Shown: positions 12,190-25,934 of the stretch, in pieces
Layout of the letters: each line of letters opens with the position of its first letter
Position numbering within the stretch: position 1 is the stretch's first letter
NCBI GenBank assembly: GCA_013265495.1
Contig: MU058290.1
Span: forward strand, 124,001-188,000
DNA from: Vicugna vicugna
Lineage: Eukaryota
Length of the DNA stretch: 64,000 bases
Reading direction: 5' to 3'
Translations under genes and position numbers: made by a program
Notes under the pieces: generated by a model
What the model was told of the DNA's origin: nothing
Seen by the model: the letters and a program-made list of their open reading frames with translations, nothing else
The model's database searches: none

Positions 12190-12500
12190 TCCCCTCAATT
12201 CTAATTTTTTATTGAAGTGTGGTTGATTTATGATGTTAGTTTCAGATGTACAGCAAAGCAATTCAGTTATATATAAATACATATTTTCAGATTTTTTTTT
12301 CCATTACAGCTCATTATAAGAAATTGAATATAGTTCCCTGTGCTACACAGTAGGTCCTTACTGTTTATCTATTTTATATATAGCATTGTGTATCTATTAA
12401 TCCCAAACTCCTAATCTATCCCTCCCCCCAGTTTCCCCCCTGGTAACTACAGTTTGTTCTCTATGTCTGTGATTCTATTTCTGGTTTGTAAATAAAACGT
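12190..12500 (-). mobile_element. L1 3' UTR fragment (artiodactyl type)
   Basis: ttttttattgaagtg...atagttccctgtgctacacagtaggtcc... Confidence 0.8.
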
Positions 12501-12699
12501 GTATTATTATTTTTTTTTAAAAAAGGAAAAGAATTCAAAGCAAGATCTTGGGGAAAAAAACAAAAAAACAACACTTGGTAAGATCAGTCATTTTAATTTA
12601 ATTTTTTTGAGGGAGGAGGTATTAGGTTTGTTCATTTGTTTTTAGAGGAGGTACTGGGGATTGAACCCAAACCCTTCACTGTTACACTTCCTGGATACA

Positions 12700-15600
12700 A
12701 GCCCTTTATCACATATACATGCTTTGCCTCTAATGCAGATGTTTAGTGCTTAACAGTTTTCTCTTCAATACTGCTTTAACAGTGACCCCCAAATTTTGCT
12801 ATGCCATGTTATTGTTTTCAACAATAATCAGGTCAAAATATTTTCCAATTTCACTTTTTCTTGTTTGTCTTATGGGTTACTTAGAATTGTGTTATTTAGT
12901 TTCTGAAAAGTTTGAGACTTTTGAGAGGTCTTTCTCTTATTCATTTCAAATTTAACTTTGTTATCAGAGAATATATTTCATTTAACTTGAATCTTTTTTA
13001 ATTTATTAAGACTTGTTTTATGGCAGAAAATATGGTCTATCCTGGTAAATGTTCTGTGTGCACTAGAAACAAGGCTGTTGTATGGCATGTTCTCTGAATA
13101 TCAGTTGGGGTAAATTGGGTTATAATTTTAATCAAGTCTTCAATATTCTTGCTGATTCTCTGCTTCCTTGATCTATCAGCTATTGAGAAATGGGTGTCAA
13201 AAGCTCAGGCTATCATTATGAATTTGTTCATTTCTCCTTAACAGTTCTTCCTATATTTGCTTTGTGGAATTCAAAGTCCTATTTTTTTAACATTTTTTAT
13301 TGATTTATAATCATTTTACAATGTTGTCTCAAATTCCAGTGTTCAGCACAATTTTTCAGTCATTCATGGACATATACACACTCATTGTCACATTTTTTTC
13401 TCTGTGATTTATCATAACATTTTGTGTATATTTCCCTGTGCTATACAGTGTAATCTTGTTTATCTATTCTACAATTTTGAAATCCCAGTCTATCCCTTCC
13501 CACCCTCTACCCCCCTGGTAACCACAAGTCTGTATTCTCTGTCCATGAGTCTATTTCTGTCCTGTATTTATGCTTTGTTTTTGTTTGTTTGTTTGTTTTT
13601 GTTTTTTAGATTCCACATATGAGCGATCTCATATGGTATTTTTCTTTCTCTTTCTGGCTTACTTCACTTAGAATGACATTCTCTAGGAGCATCCATGTTG
13701 CTGCAAATGGCATTATGTTGTCGGTTTTTATGGCTGAGTAGTATTCCATTGTATAAATATACCACATCTTCTTTATCCAGTCACCTGTTGATGGACATTT
13801 AGGCTGTTTCCATGTTTTGGCTATTGTAAATAGTGCTGCTATGAACATTGGGGTGCAGGTGTCATCCTGAAGTAGATTTCCTTCTGGGTACAAGCCCAGG
13901 AGTGGGATTCCTGGGTCATATGGTAAGTCTATTCCTAGTCTTTTGAGGAATCTCCACACTGTTTTCCATAGTGGCTGCACCAAACTGCATTCCCACCAGC
14001 AGTGTAGGAGGGTTCCCCTTTCTCCACAGCCTCTCCAGCATTTGTCATTTGTGGATTTTTGAATGACGGCCATTCTGACTGGTGTGAGGTGATACCTCAT
14101 TGTAGTTTTGATTTGCATTTCTCTGATAATTAGTGATATTGAGCATTTTTTCATGTGCTTTTTGATCATTTGTATGTCTTCCTTGGAGAATTGCTTGTTT
14201 AGGTCTTCTGCCCATTTTTGGATTGGGTTGTTTATTTTTTTCTTATTGAGTCGTATGAGCTGCTTATATATTTTGGAGATCAAGCCTTAGTCGGTTTCAC
14301 TTACAAAAATTTTCTCCCATTCCGTAGGTTTTCTTCTTGTTTTATTTCTGGTTTCCTTTGCTGTGCAGAAGCTTGTAAGTTTCATTAGGTCCCATTTGTT
14401 TATTCTTGCTTTTATTTCTTCTAGGAGAAAATTTTTGAAATGTATGTCAGATAATGTTTTGCCTATGTTTTCCTCTAGGAGGTTTATTGTATCTTGTCTT
14501 ATGTTTAAGTCTTTAATCCATTTGGAGTTGATTTTTGTATATGGTGTAAGGGTGTGTTCTAGCCAAAGTCCTATTTTTAAGGGCAGAAACAGGCAGGATT
14601 GTTAATGTTGTGATGATTAACTGACCTCTCCTATCATTTGGAAGTAACCCTCTTCAGCCTTGGTAGTATTCTTTGTTCTGAAATCTACTTTGCCTGATAT
14701 TGCCATAGTCACTCCAGCTTTCTTTTGACCAGCATTACCATGGTATGTGTCTTCTCACCCTTTACTCTTAACCTCTGTGTGTCTTCATATAAAGTACACT
14801 TCCTGTAGACAGTGTACAGTTGAGTCTTCTTTTTTTAATCCAGTCTATCACTGGCTTTTAATTGGTATGTTCAGATCATTTACATTTAATAAGATTATCG
14901 ATATGCTTAGATGGGTGTAACTTCATGCTCTTTGTTTTATGTTTGTCCTTTCAATTCTTTGTTCCCTTCTTCTGATTTTTTGGGGGGCTTCATTTGGATG
15001 TATACACTTTTTTAGTGATTCCATTTTAATCTCTTGTATTTATTTTTAGCAGTAGTTCTTTGTTTTGTTAATCCAGTGGTTGCATCAGGATTTATAATAT
15101 ATATCTTCAACTTATCATAGCCTATTTTCAATTAATATTTTACTATTTCATTTATAGTATAAGAATTTTATGAAAATACATTTCCATTTCTCTCCTCTCA
15201 TATTTTATGCTACTGTTGTCATGCGTTTTACTTTGAAATATGATATAAATCCCAATCTGTATTACTACTACTTTTGTTTAGTCAATTCTACTTTAAAGAA
15301 ATTTAAATAATGAGAAAAATTACATGTATTAGCCCATGTAGTTACCATTTACAGTGTTCTTCATTCCTTAGTACAGATCCAGATTTCTACCTGGTATAAT
15401 TTCTCCTCTTCCTGTTTGACTTTCTTTTAACATTTCTTGCAGTGTCAGTTTGTTGGTGATGAATTCTTTAAACTTCACAATATTAGGATGCTTTTATTTT
15501 GCCTTAGATTTTTAAAGATACTTTTGCCAGGTAGAGAATTTCAATATTGATTATTTTCTTACCTTCAATACTTTAATAATATTTTCCTGCTGGATTCTTA

Positions 15601-18600
15601 CTTATATTGTTTCAAATGAGAAATCTAATGTCACCCCTATCTTTGCTTCTCTGGCTATAACGTCTTTTTTCTTGAAGCTGCTTCTATGGTTGTCTCTTTA
15701 TTACTGCTTTTTTTTTCCTTTCCAATTAGATTATAGTGTGTCTTTGTATAGTTTCCTTCAAGTTTGGGGGATTTGTTGAAATTTTTTGGATTGGAGACTT
15801 TACAATATTATATTAGTTTCAGGTATGCAACAGAGCAATTTGATATTTTTATAGGTTATACTCCATATAAAGTTATTACAAAATATTGGCTATATTCCCT
15901 ATGCTGTGCATCATATCCTTTATCTTATTTGTTTCAGTTTTGCATGTAACTTTTTAAAAATTATTGAGGTATAGTTGATGTACAATATTATATAAGTTTC
16001 AGGTGTCCAACATAGTGATTCACAATTTTTAAAAGTTATGCTCCATTTATAGTTATTATAAAATATTCCCTGAACTAAGATATCCTTGCAACTTATTTAC
16101 TTTATACCTAGTAGTTTGTGCCTCTTAGTCCCCTTTTCCCATCTTGCCCTTCCTGCAACCCTCTCCACACTGATCCATTTGTTCTCTGTATCTGAGTCTA
16201 TTTCTGTTTTGTTATATTCCTTCATTTTTTTTATTTTTTAGATTCCACATATAAGTGAAAACATACAGTATTGTTTTATTCTGCCTGACTTTGCACAAAG
16301 CACAATACCCTTCAAATGGCAAATTTTCATTTTTTATGACTGCCTAATATTCATATATATATATATATTCTTTATTCATTCAACTTAGATTGCTTCCATA
16401 TCTTGGCCATTGTAAATAATGCTGCTAAATGTTAGGGTGAATATATCTTTTTGAATTAATGTTTTCATAGTCTTTGCATAAATACCCAGAAACAGAAGAG
16501 CTGGATCATATAGTAGTTCTAGTCTAAACTTTAACTGGTACTTTTTAAATCTTTTCTAATTCTTTTCCGAACTTCTCCCCCTGCGTTCATCTACTTTTTC
16601 CCCAAGTTCAGTCAGCATTTTATTACTATCTCTTTGAACTCTTTATCAGGTAAATTATTTCTCTCTGTTTCACTAGAGTTATTTTCTGGGGTTTTATCTT
16701 ATTCTGGCATTTCAAATATATTCCTCTGTCTTTTCATTTTAACGTTCTCTATTTGTCTCTATGAAATTAGGTGAAACATTTACCTATCCTGGTATTGCAG
16801 TTGTGTCCTTGTGTGCAAGTGTCACTATGCATTTCGCACGTGCCCAGTGGCTTGGGTGGGAGAGCTGCGTCTGAAGTGAGCACAGGCCTTGTCTTCCCCT
16901 GGGGTGCACTGGCAGCTGCCTCCTTAACTGGAGGTAACACTCGAGTCAGAGGGGCTAGAGCCAGCGCCAGGGGCAAGCTGGGGTCTCTCTTATGCTCAAT
17001 GGCAGTAGCCACCCTATTGAGGGAAGAGTGCTGCCCTGTTGAGGGACTGGAGCAGGAGACGTGAGGAAACTGGTGTTCTTCTTGGAGGATGGCAGTCTCC
17101 ACCTTGGCTATGGGTGTGGCCAGGGCCCAATGGCTTGGGCCTGTACTTCTGACCTGGTTCTGCTCCCTGCACCCCCCAGCCTCCAGTGCATGCACCTGGG
17201 CTATAGGCGGAGTCAGTGCACCAGGGGTTGGAGCCATACCGCTTAGTTGGCCCCGTTCCTTTTCTGGTGCATGTGCGCGCACAGTGGCAAGGGTGGTCTC
17301 TGCTCTGGCTAGAGCTGCCCTGAGTTGGCTCTGCTCCTTCCCAAGTGTATGAGGGTGTGGTGGTAACGGTGGCCTCTCCCTTAGCAGGGAGCAGCGCTAC
17401 AGCAGGCGGGGCTAAAGCAAGAGCTCCATGAAGGCTGGGGGGCACACTGGGTAGGTCCTGGCAGACTGGCCAGAGCACCAGGCCGTTTTCAATCTGGTGT
17501 CTCTGCATTGGTACTGGGAGCAAGCAAGTGTGTGTGCCCACTCTTCAACAGTGGAGTCTCAGTTTCTTACAGCTCTCTGGTGTTCAAGCCAGCTGAGGGG
17601 GTTCATCTTCCCAGTGTGAAAAGCCCCAGTGCTGAGATGCCTAATACATGACTCAAATCCCTCACTCCAGGAGGGTCTTCGAGCCTCTGATATCCCCCTT
17701 CCATTCTGGGTCACTTGCTAGGGGTACAGGACCTGACCAGATTGCTTCTCCTCCCTCCTACCAGACTCCGTGTGGTTCTCTATTTACAGCATCGGTTGTA
17801 GACGAACCATTCTGCTAGTCCTTAGGTCGTTCTCAGCAAGAGAACTACTATTTGTAGTTGTAATTTTTGTGTGTTCTTGTACGGAGGTGAGATTGTGGTC
17901 TTTCTTAGTCTGTCATCTTGATCTCAACTCTGGTTCTTTTTTTCTACTGTCCATGAATCTACATAACGTTTTGCAAGTAAGGAGCACAGTTTTCAATGGT
18001 TTTAATGTTTTTATTCTGTGTGAATTTCAATTGACTGATTATTCTCCACATTCTGATTTCTGTTTTCTTGCTTCCTTTCCTGCTTAGTAATCTTTGATTC
18101 AATGTCAGGTGTTGTGAAATTTACCTTGTTCATTTACCTTGTATGGTTATTTTTGTATTTCTATAACCCTTCTTGAACATTTTTCTGGGATACACATAAG
18201 CTATTTGGAATCATGTTTTGATTTGCTAGGCAGGTACAGAGCGGTAACAGTCTAGGGCTAATTATTTCTCACTACTGAGGCAAAACCTTCCTGAGTACCT
18301 TACCTAATGCTCCGTGTATTTCGACTTTTTCCAGCCTGGCTATTAGGAGTAGGCACTATTCCTTCTGATCCTTTCAGGTGGCTCTTTCCCAGCCTCGGGT
18401 GATTTTCTCCCACATGTGTGATTAAACAATATTCTGTGAATACCTGAGGGGAACCCTTTGTAGATCTCCAAGTTTCTGTCTTGAAGCAGCTGTCTCATTC
18501 CTGGTACTTTGTCTTATGAATTAATGTTTCTTTGGTCTTCTGATTTCCTCAATTCCCTCTCCTCCACTCAGGTAGTCTTCTGTCTCTTCCTGAGTTGGCT

Positions 18601-18800
18601 GCTCCTTCACTTTTGCCTGAAATTTCTCTCAAGACAGTAAGTTGAGTGAATTGCACGGCTTACCAGACTCCTGTCTCTCAAGATCAGGGTGTTTTGTTGC
18701 CTGATGTTAAGGGTCTTAAAAATAACTTTTCCAACATTTTGTCAGTTTTAAAAAAATGTTTCAGGTAGGAGGGTAAATTATGTCTACTTTACTTCATCTC
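12700..18800 (-). mobile_element. Composite of old L1M fragments (ORF2/ORF1/5' region) with nested younger L1s
   Basis: T-rich antisense L1 signatures throughout (atatggtctatcctggtaaatgttc, gtcactccagctttctttt, tgatgaattctttaaactt). L1 3' ends at about 15790-16520 and a GC-rich L1 5' UTR-like block at about 16550-17930 ending ctgtcatcttgatc. Confidence 0.75.
13287..14563 (-). mobile_element. Young 5'-truncated L1
   Basis: Uninterrupted 225-aa ORF2 C-terminal frame (13606-14283; [24 protein letters not shown]) and perfect 15-bp TSD caaagtcctattttt (13272-13286 / 14564-14578). Confidence 0.95.
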
Positions 18801-19010
18801 AACTGGAAGATTATTTTAATCCTTTTAAAAAATTATTTTAACACCAAGTCTAAAGTAAACAAGCTGTCTACAAATTTTGGAGCTAGGCGACCTGTCCTTG
18901 CTTCTAGGGAGAAAATAGATGTATCATAGCAGAATTGCACTCCTGTTGCGCATCTGCACTTCGTGATTCACAAGCTAACAAACGCATGGGTTGACTGCAG
19001 ATTTCACAGG

Positions 19011-19553
19011 ACATAAGAATACTTTCTTAAGGCATAAACTGACATTTTGGTTTTATTGCTGCAGAATATTAGAAAAGAAAGAGAAATTCATTATTTCTGT
19101 AACACAAAAAATTGTGTGTAACATGAGACTTTTGGGTCTTGATGGCTCAAATGTACTTTCATGGCTTTAGTGTTTATTTTAACATTTTAGCTATCTGAAA
19201 GGTGAGAATGAAAAACCAATATGTTCAATATTCAGATAATACATAACAGAAAGAGTAACTGTGATTATGCTATGAACGTTCTGTTTTACTAGGACAAATT
19301 CAAAAGATCTGACTTTTCTAATTATCTAACAAAGGTGGAAGACACCTAAAATAATAACAGGTAAATTTTGCTGCCACCCTTGAGAGGGTGGGGTTTTCGT
19401 GCAGATACGCTGGATTGAAGCAAGTAATTCACACTTTTCTTGCACCCGAGTTTGAGAAGCAATTTTGTACTGCACATATTTTTAAAGCATTTCTTTCCAG
19501 GCTGTTGTTGGTTTTAATTTATTTTGGTGTCTTTTGCCATTAGAGATTATTAT
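19011..19553 (+). repeat. Locally duplicated block, copy 1 (paralogous to 28414-28973)
   Basis: Collinear shared words: acataagaat, ttttattgctgcagaat, tgtaacatgagacttt, tttactaggacaaattca, acaaaggtggaagaca, gagtttgagaagcaattt, tagagattattat. Confidence 0.9.
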
Positions 19554-19799
19554 TGTGCAATTTGCTTTGGGTGCAGTTTCTGAGAATTCTTGTACATGGG
19601 TGTGTTCAGTCTATGTGTGTGTAATCAAGTCTTTCAATAATTTTCTTTATGCCTGACCCTGTCCTCTACTTTTGCTTAATCAAGGCACCCCTTAACTAAT
19701 TCTAAAATTATGAAAAATACTCTACTGTATTGTATCAATATCCTTAATGTTGTTGTCTAAATATTACTTTGATACCTAGTCCAACATACACTGGGGGGC

Positions 19800-19802
<3 letters not shown>

Positions 19803-19834
<32 letters not shown>
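19803..19834. repeat. (GT)16 microsatellite
   Basis: Direct inspection. Confidence 0.95.
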
Positions 19835-19836
<2 letters not shown>

Positions 19837-21039
19837 TGTATATGGAATGAAAAATAGAATCTATGTTATTTTTTTCCGTTGATATCAAGTCCATTGTCTC
19901 ACAGGAGTTATTTTTTCCTTTTCCAAAAAAAATCTTTGAGATACTGTATCCTAAAATATTGCATACTTCTATTTTCCGACTATTACTAATCTCTGAGAAG
20001 GACCAAACTATGAAATCAAACAAACCTATGGCCATATCTTGGATATCTTGTCTATACTTTCTAAACTCATGTTGACATTACAGAAAAAAATACCAGGTAA
20101 CAATTCAAGAAATTTTAAAAATTTTTTGTAGAATCATTAAAAAAGAAAAAAGCTAGATAGAGCATGACCAAGTATAAATGTGGAGGAAAATGTAATCAGT
20201 TGAGGAGGGAATTCTGTCATCTGAGACTTGGCTGTGACTCCAAGTTAGCAAAATAAGGTGTCAAAAATACTCTACATTTGTGCTCTGAAGGTTCATTTCC
20301 AATGACTGGGTAACTCTTATTTTGTGTTTTGTATTCTGTGCACCTCTGTAAGTTCAGATGCTCAAGTTTTCACAATCACCCCCAAGGGGAAGATGTGACT
20401 TGAGTAAATACGTGGGTTTCAGTGAACCCACTGATCCTCTTATGACCCAGAAGGATCACATTGTTTCCCAGAGTTTCTCAAACTGACTCCACTCTCAGTT
20501 TGGTTATGGGTGTGAAGGTCTGAAGCAATAAATATTGCATAAATATTGCAAAATATTAAATGTTTGTTACAAAGTATAAATTGGAGACTGGTTAAAGCTG
20601 AGATTTTTCTTGCTGAATTGAATGAAGAGATACTCTGAGATTTATTCACAAAGGTAGGTCTAATTCTAAGGGCTGAGTTTTTAGAATCTCTTTTTGCTCA
20701 ACATTCGAACTAAGGAACTGACATTTCCTGATGCTGATAAAAAGTGAGACTTCCCAGATATCAAAATGTGGCATTCTGAGAAATTGGCACATAATATTTA
20801 AGCACATGCCCAAACCAGATCTTAAACATCTGTTTCTTAAGTGACACTTCTTCAGAGTTACTTAACTTTGAGGAATAGACAACTTTAAAGGGAACAATAA
20901 AAAAATAAACCATTCCGAAATAACAGTTCAATAAGGTTTTATTTTGTTCCCCCCACACCCCTCACATGCAATCTGTATTTCCACTAGTTGGGACCACATT
21001 GCAGATACAGTTCAGTGTTTTGACTTTTCCCCAGCCATT

Positions 21040-21557
21040 TATCATGCACACTTGCTACTTCTGCATTTGGCGTCCATTCCTTCTTTTGTGTTGTAGGGAA
21101 CAGCCCTCCTGTCAGCAGTTGGAATTCTACTGGGGTTTTAATTGTGTGGTTTTGCCTTTACTTCTCAAAGAAGGACATGAGCCTCAGGTGGGCCAATCAG
21201 TGGAGCTCACATTCCTGGGTTTAGTCACATGGCAGAAACAAGGCCAATCAGAAAAAGTATTCTCTATGTTGGACGAGAGTGGGAGATGCTGGCACTTCTT
21301 ACAGTGACCCTAAATATAGCCTATAAAGGTGAGGATGAATTTCTCTGCCGTTACTTGGAGAGACCCTGCCTGAGAATGAAGCTAGTGTAGAAAGCAGAGT
21401 GGGAGACAGAAAACGAGTCTGGTGGATTGAATTTCTTCATCCTGTGGTGCTTCCTGGACGTCTGTCCTCTGTGAGTCAATGCACTTCCTCCATTGTTTCA
21501 GTTACTTTGTTTGGTACTTCTGTCCCTTGTAACCAGACAGTCCCACTGCTCTAACAT
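21040..21557 (+). mobile_element. Old ERVL/MaLR-type LTR
   Basis: ggccaatcag twice, ctgcctgagaatgaagc, 3' end tgtgagtcaatgcacttcc...ttctgtcccttgtaacc...aaca. Confidence 0.6.
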
Positions 21558-22514
21558 GAAAGATATTCTGTACCTCTAAAATTTCATCAATTCATATATT
21601 TGTAGATTCTAAAAGATAATCCACTCTAAGAAAATATAATTCTCTTGTTCTCTGGATGAGAATGCTGATGATGTCAGCTATTAGCGGTTATTATTGTTGT
21701 GGTGTTTCGTCGTTTCTATGACCACATCAGCCTCGTGATTTTTGGTCATTTATATTTTTAAATTTCAAATGTTTGTTCCTATGAAGTAAAACTTGCTGTC
21801 CATATTTCTCTATAACTTATTGCTACTTTGAATTCTATTGAAAATCGGGGGTTGAGGGGCAGTGAAGAATCAACGTTTCAAGCTTTTTATTTTACTTGCC
21901 AAATTCTTCACTGTAATCAGAAATACCTGATTCCCCACCTTATCACACTCTCACCAGCACTGAGTTTGGAAAGTACAACCATTATTACCACTTTGAAAGA
22001 CACAATTTCAGTTTTTCTTTTGTGATTGAGGCTATATAGTTACATGTTCGTTGTCCCTTGATGCCTCATCGTAAGAGCAATTAAAAAAATCCAGCTTCTC
22101 CTATTTTAAACAATTTACTCTAAAAAGACCTTTTAATAACCTCTCTGACCTGTATATTCGTGAACCTAAGGAGCTTTGACTCATCTGTTTTTTTTAAGTC
22201 TGGTGAAACAGAGTCCTGACCTGGGACTCAAGACTTGCATTTTATGAGGAGAGACTCCAGACAAACAGCCTCTCTCAGGCCCTTCCCAGCTTATAAATCT
22301 GAGTTGCCCTAACCTTGAAGCAAGTTTAAAAGCAGACGGGAGAAGTAGAACTCCAACAGGTATCTGGACACCCATATTCAAAGCAGCACTATTCACAATA
22401 GCCTAAGGGTCAAAACAGTTCATCTCAATCTTTTTCCAGAAACATTTACCGAAAATGAGGGGGGGAGGGGAATGTTTTTTTGATCCTCAGGTACATTTTC
22501 ATGTATTCTGAGAA

Positions 22515-22697
22515 AAAGCTCCTCAAAATTTCATGGGCTAAGAATCACCTTGGGGATTTGTTTAAAGTGCGGAACACTGGGTGCCTTCACAGAGACTTTG
22601 ATGAATAAGGTCAGAGGGAAAACCAAGGAGTCCGTGAACCACAGGTAGGCCGGTTCTGCTGCGTGAGGTTACCAGGCAAAAACGTCGGAAACACTGC
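22515..22697. mobile_element. MER5-like hAT MITE
   Basis: ctcctcaaaattt...agaatcaccttggggatttgtttaaagtgc...ggaaacactgc. Confidence 0.5.
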
Positions 22698-23211
22698 ATG
22701 AGTCTGTGTCACACTATCTATTGGGTATTCTCTGTCTCTGTCTCTGTCCCTGTCCCTGTCTGTCTGTCTGTGTCTTTCACTCTTGCTCATTTACAGTTAA
22801 TCCCCATGCCCACGCTCTGCCCCAGGCAACCACTGACCTACTTTCTGTGCTGTCCCTGTACTGAACTTTGGAATAGGAAGCAGAGTGAATGTGGATTGCT
22901 TTTTAACATGTTAAAATGTTTTATAAAATGATGATAAGTAAAAGCACATTGTTGGCACATGAATAGATAAACTGGGCATCAAAACACACTAGATCATTCA
23001 GAAAAAGAATTACTTAATATCTAAAGGTAACATTTTTTAGGATTTTGTTTGTTTTGCTAGATGAAAGGATTTCTTTATTTTGACAGTCGTAAAGTCTTTT
23101 ACAAACATATAAGAAATGAAATCAGCCATTTTTTCTCCAGCCTCCTTTTCTAACAAAAAGATGATCAAATATATGAGATTGAAGAACAACCACTAAAAAC
23201 CTTATTTGTTG

Positions 23212-23350
23212 GAGGGGAGGATATAGCTCCTTGGTAGAATGCATGCTTAGTATGCACAAGGTCTTGAGTTCAATCCCTGGTACCCCCATTAAGTAAACAA
23301 ATGAATAAACCTCAGTACCTGCCCTCTCAAAAAATTAAAAAAACAAAAAC
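23212..23350 (+). mobile_element. tRNA-derived SINE (Vic-1-like)
   Basis: ggggaggatatagctccttggtagaatgcatgcttag...gagttcaatccc. Confidence 0.85.
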
Positions 23351-25934
23351 AAAACCTAATTTGTGACTTAAAGTTACAATTCTTGGAGTTTTAATTTTTG
23401 ATGAGTATGAAGAAAGTTGCTACATATTTCATTCCTACTTTGTAAAGTAACTTTAAATTCAAAGTGAAAGAATGAATTTTATTCCCCGGATAATTGGTAC
23501 TGAGATTACATATAAATCATGTAACAAAAAAAAAAAAAACCATCTCTCACTATACTTCAAAATAAATTTCAGATGGATGAAAGATTTAAATTTTCAAAAA
23601 TCCAGAAGTCATTAGATGGCGTAAAACTGAGAATGTATATACGTTGGGATGAACAAGGATGTTAAGAAGTCTGAAACCACAAACCAAGTTGAATTCAGAG
23701 AGAAAAGACTAAGAGGTGTGAGGAAGCCAAACGAAGAGGTGTCTTGGGCAGGACTCGGGCGTGTCCTCGGCTGATTACAAGGGCTACAGGAACCTGAACC
23801 CGGCCATCCATGCCCACGCTATCCTGCTCTCTCCAGCCCAAGGTGGCTCAGAGACCCCAGATTCCCATTTCTGGGAATGTGTGCTGAGCTCCCTGGACTG
23901 TCACTGTGGGATCACTCTTCTCAAGAGACTCCCTGGAGGAGACTGAGGAGAGTGAAAGCAGGGATGGCAGGAATGGCTTATGGACATGGTCCCACCACAG
24001 TGCCCAGGCTCACGTCACCACTTCACAGCACTGCTGTCCTTCTTGGCCCGTTGTCTGCTTTCCTACCTTCAGCTATTCTCTCCGCTCTCTGATTTGTGCC
24101 TCGACATCTACCTTTCTGTTACTCCACCATTCTCTGACCTTTTGTACTCACATAGCTACAAACGTGGATCCCGCCTGGACTCAGAGCCTCTCCATCTCCA
24201 TTTGGGTCAGGGTCTCTGGCTCATCAGCACTACAGAATCACTCAGGCTGCCTCAGGGAGGACTTCTCTCACACCAAGAGCACAGTGGAAGAAGAAAAAAC
24301 TGGAAAATTTCTTCTGCAACAACACAGCCAGGCTTCCCAGGTTGGGGACCGGTTTGTTACAGCTACACTCTAGTGGCTCAAAGACCATTCTAGTACTGGC
24401 CACTTTGGCAGTCTCCCTGCTTCTGCTAGTCTCCCCTCAGTGAGTTACAGAGACAGTCCATCAATGGCGTACAATCTGGCCTCAGCTAGAGAAAGAGGGA
24501 CTGGGCTGATGGAAGCCATAGAACAGTGATTAAGAACAGAGACTGGGAAATCAGGCTGACTTGTGACCAGCTTTGAACCAGGATTCTGCCAGACCTAAAG
24601 GGAGATTTTAAGCAACGTTCCTTCACAGAGAGATACCAATTACAATCAAAAGAAAAACAGTACTAAAACAATACCCTTATCACAAGGGCGTCTGGATGGT
24701 GAGGCGGATAACGGAGTAAGTGCTCAGCATAGTGCCAGGCACGTGGTTGCGCATGTTGCTAGCCATTGTAATTTATTAGTTTTATTTTAGGGCGATCTCA
24801 GGAAGGTACCACTTCAGCTCCTCAACCTCGTTCTTCTGTTTTCCTCTTCCAAGCTCTTGCTCTCGTAGAGGAGGTCAGGACGCCCAGTTTCGGGATCTCT
24901 CCAGCCCAGTCCTTAAAACGTGCGCTCCCTGAAGCAGAGGGCACACAAGGATGGAGAGAGGCAAGGTGGCCACGGGCAAAGATGGGCTGGAAGCCTGCTC
25001 TCTGCTGTCCCTCAGGTGCTTGCCTTTGTGTGGGAAGGAAGCCTCCTTGGAGAACTAATGGTTAACAGTCAGGTTTGGAACAGAAACGAAAAATGATAAA
25101 CCAGCCCAGGAGTCGTCTGTGAAAGATGACCCTTTCCACTAAAGAGCAGACTGTGTGCTGATGTCTAGCAAGGGGGCATAGTTCTGGGACAATGCTTACT
25201 ACTGCTCAGGCTCTTATAAGGAAAGTTAAAAAAAAAATCATTGAACGGAATTACCGTGAGACATAATAATAATGTGCTTCATCAGTATGTACCTCATTTA
25301 ATATTTCCATTTCTTTTTCAAGTTATTAATGTTGTAAGTTATCTCCCCAGTTTTCCTTTTTGAGTAGCAAGGACATTGCTCCTACTGACTGAAGGTACCA
25401 GTGCAGCCTACTGCGGGGTGAACAGACGCGGAAGTGCACACAGAGGGCAAGTGAGGTGACGAGTGCCTCTCTGATGAGGAGGTTACCATACTGCAGATAG
25501 CTGCACAGGGTGGGAAGCATTTAGGGATATGAAAACCTGATCGTAGCAGAAACCATAAAATCTAACGATCGGGGAAAGAAAGAACGGGGGAAAAGCACTC
25601 AAGGTAGGTGACTCACCTTAGCAGAAGAGGAGGCAGAGGAGATTGCAAAATGGACTGAGCAGTCCCAGGCAATGAGGTGCTGGGAAAAGTATGTACACGA
25701 AGAAGCACAGCACATGGGGTTTGTCTGACACTCTGGACCTTGCCTGATGCCTTCTCCAAGGGCAGTGATGGTCACAGGTGAGCATGAGGAGAAAGTCACA
25801 AGATGAAGACTTTCCCTCATCACGGCAGGAGCTTAATGAGAGGAGGTGGGATCCCTCATGCTGTCCCCAGTGCAAGTTCTTAACTCCAGGAAGGGAACAG
25901 ACACGTTTCCTCCGGAGGGAGGGAGCACCTGAGC

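Noticed and set aside
13606..14283. 225-aa ORF as a host gene
   Set aside because: It is the L1 ORF2 C-terminus within a truncated element.
16767..17541. Overlapping 170-aa ORFs in a GC-rich block
   Set aside because: The block resembles an L1 5' UTR; GC richness explains the open frames.
22292..22365. TATAAA plus cag|gtatct as the RNASE9 promoter and first exon
   Set aside because: The apparent donor lies within an L1 fragment (cacccatattcaaagcagcactattcacaatagcc), and nothing else supports it.
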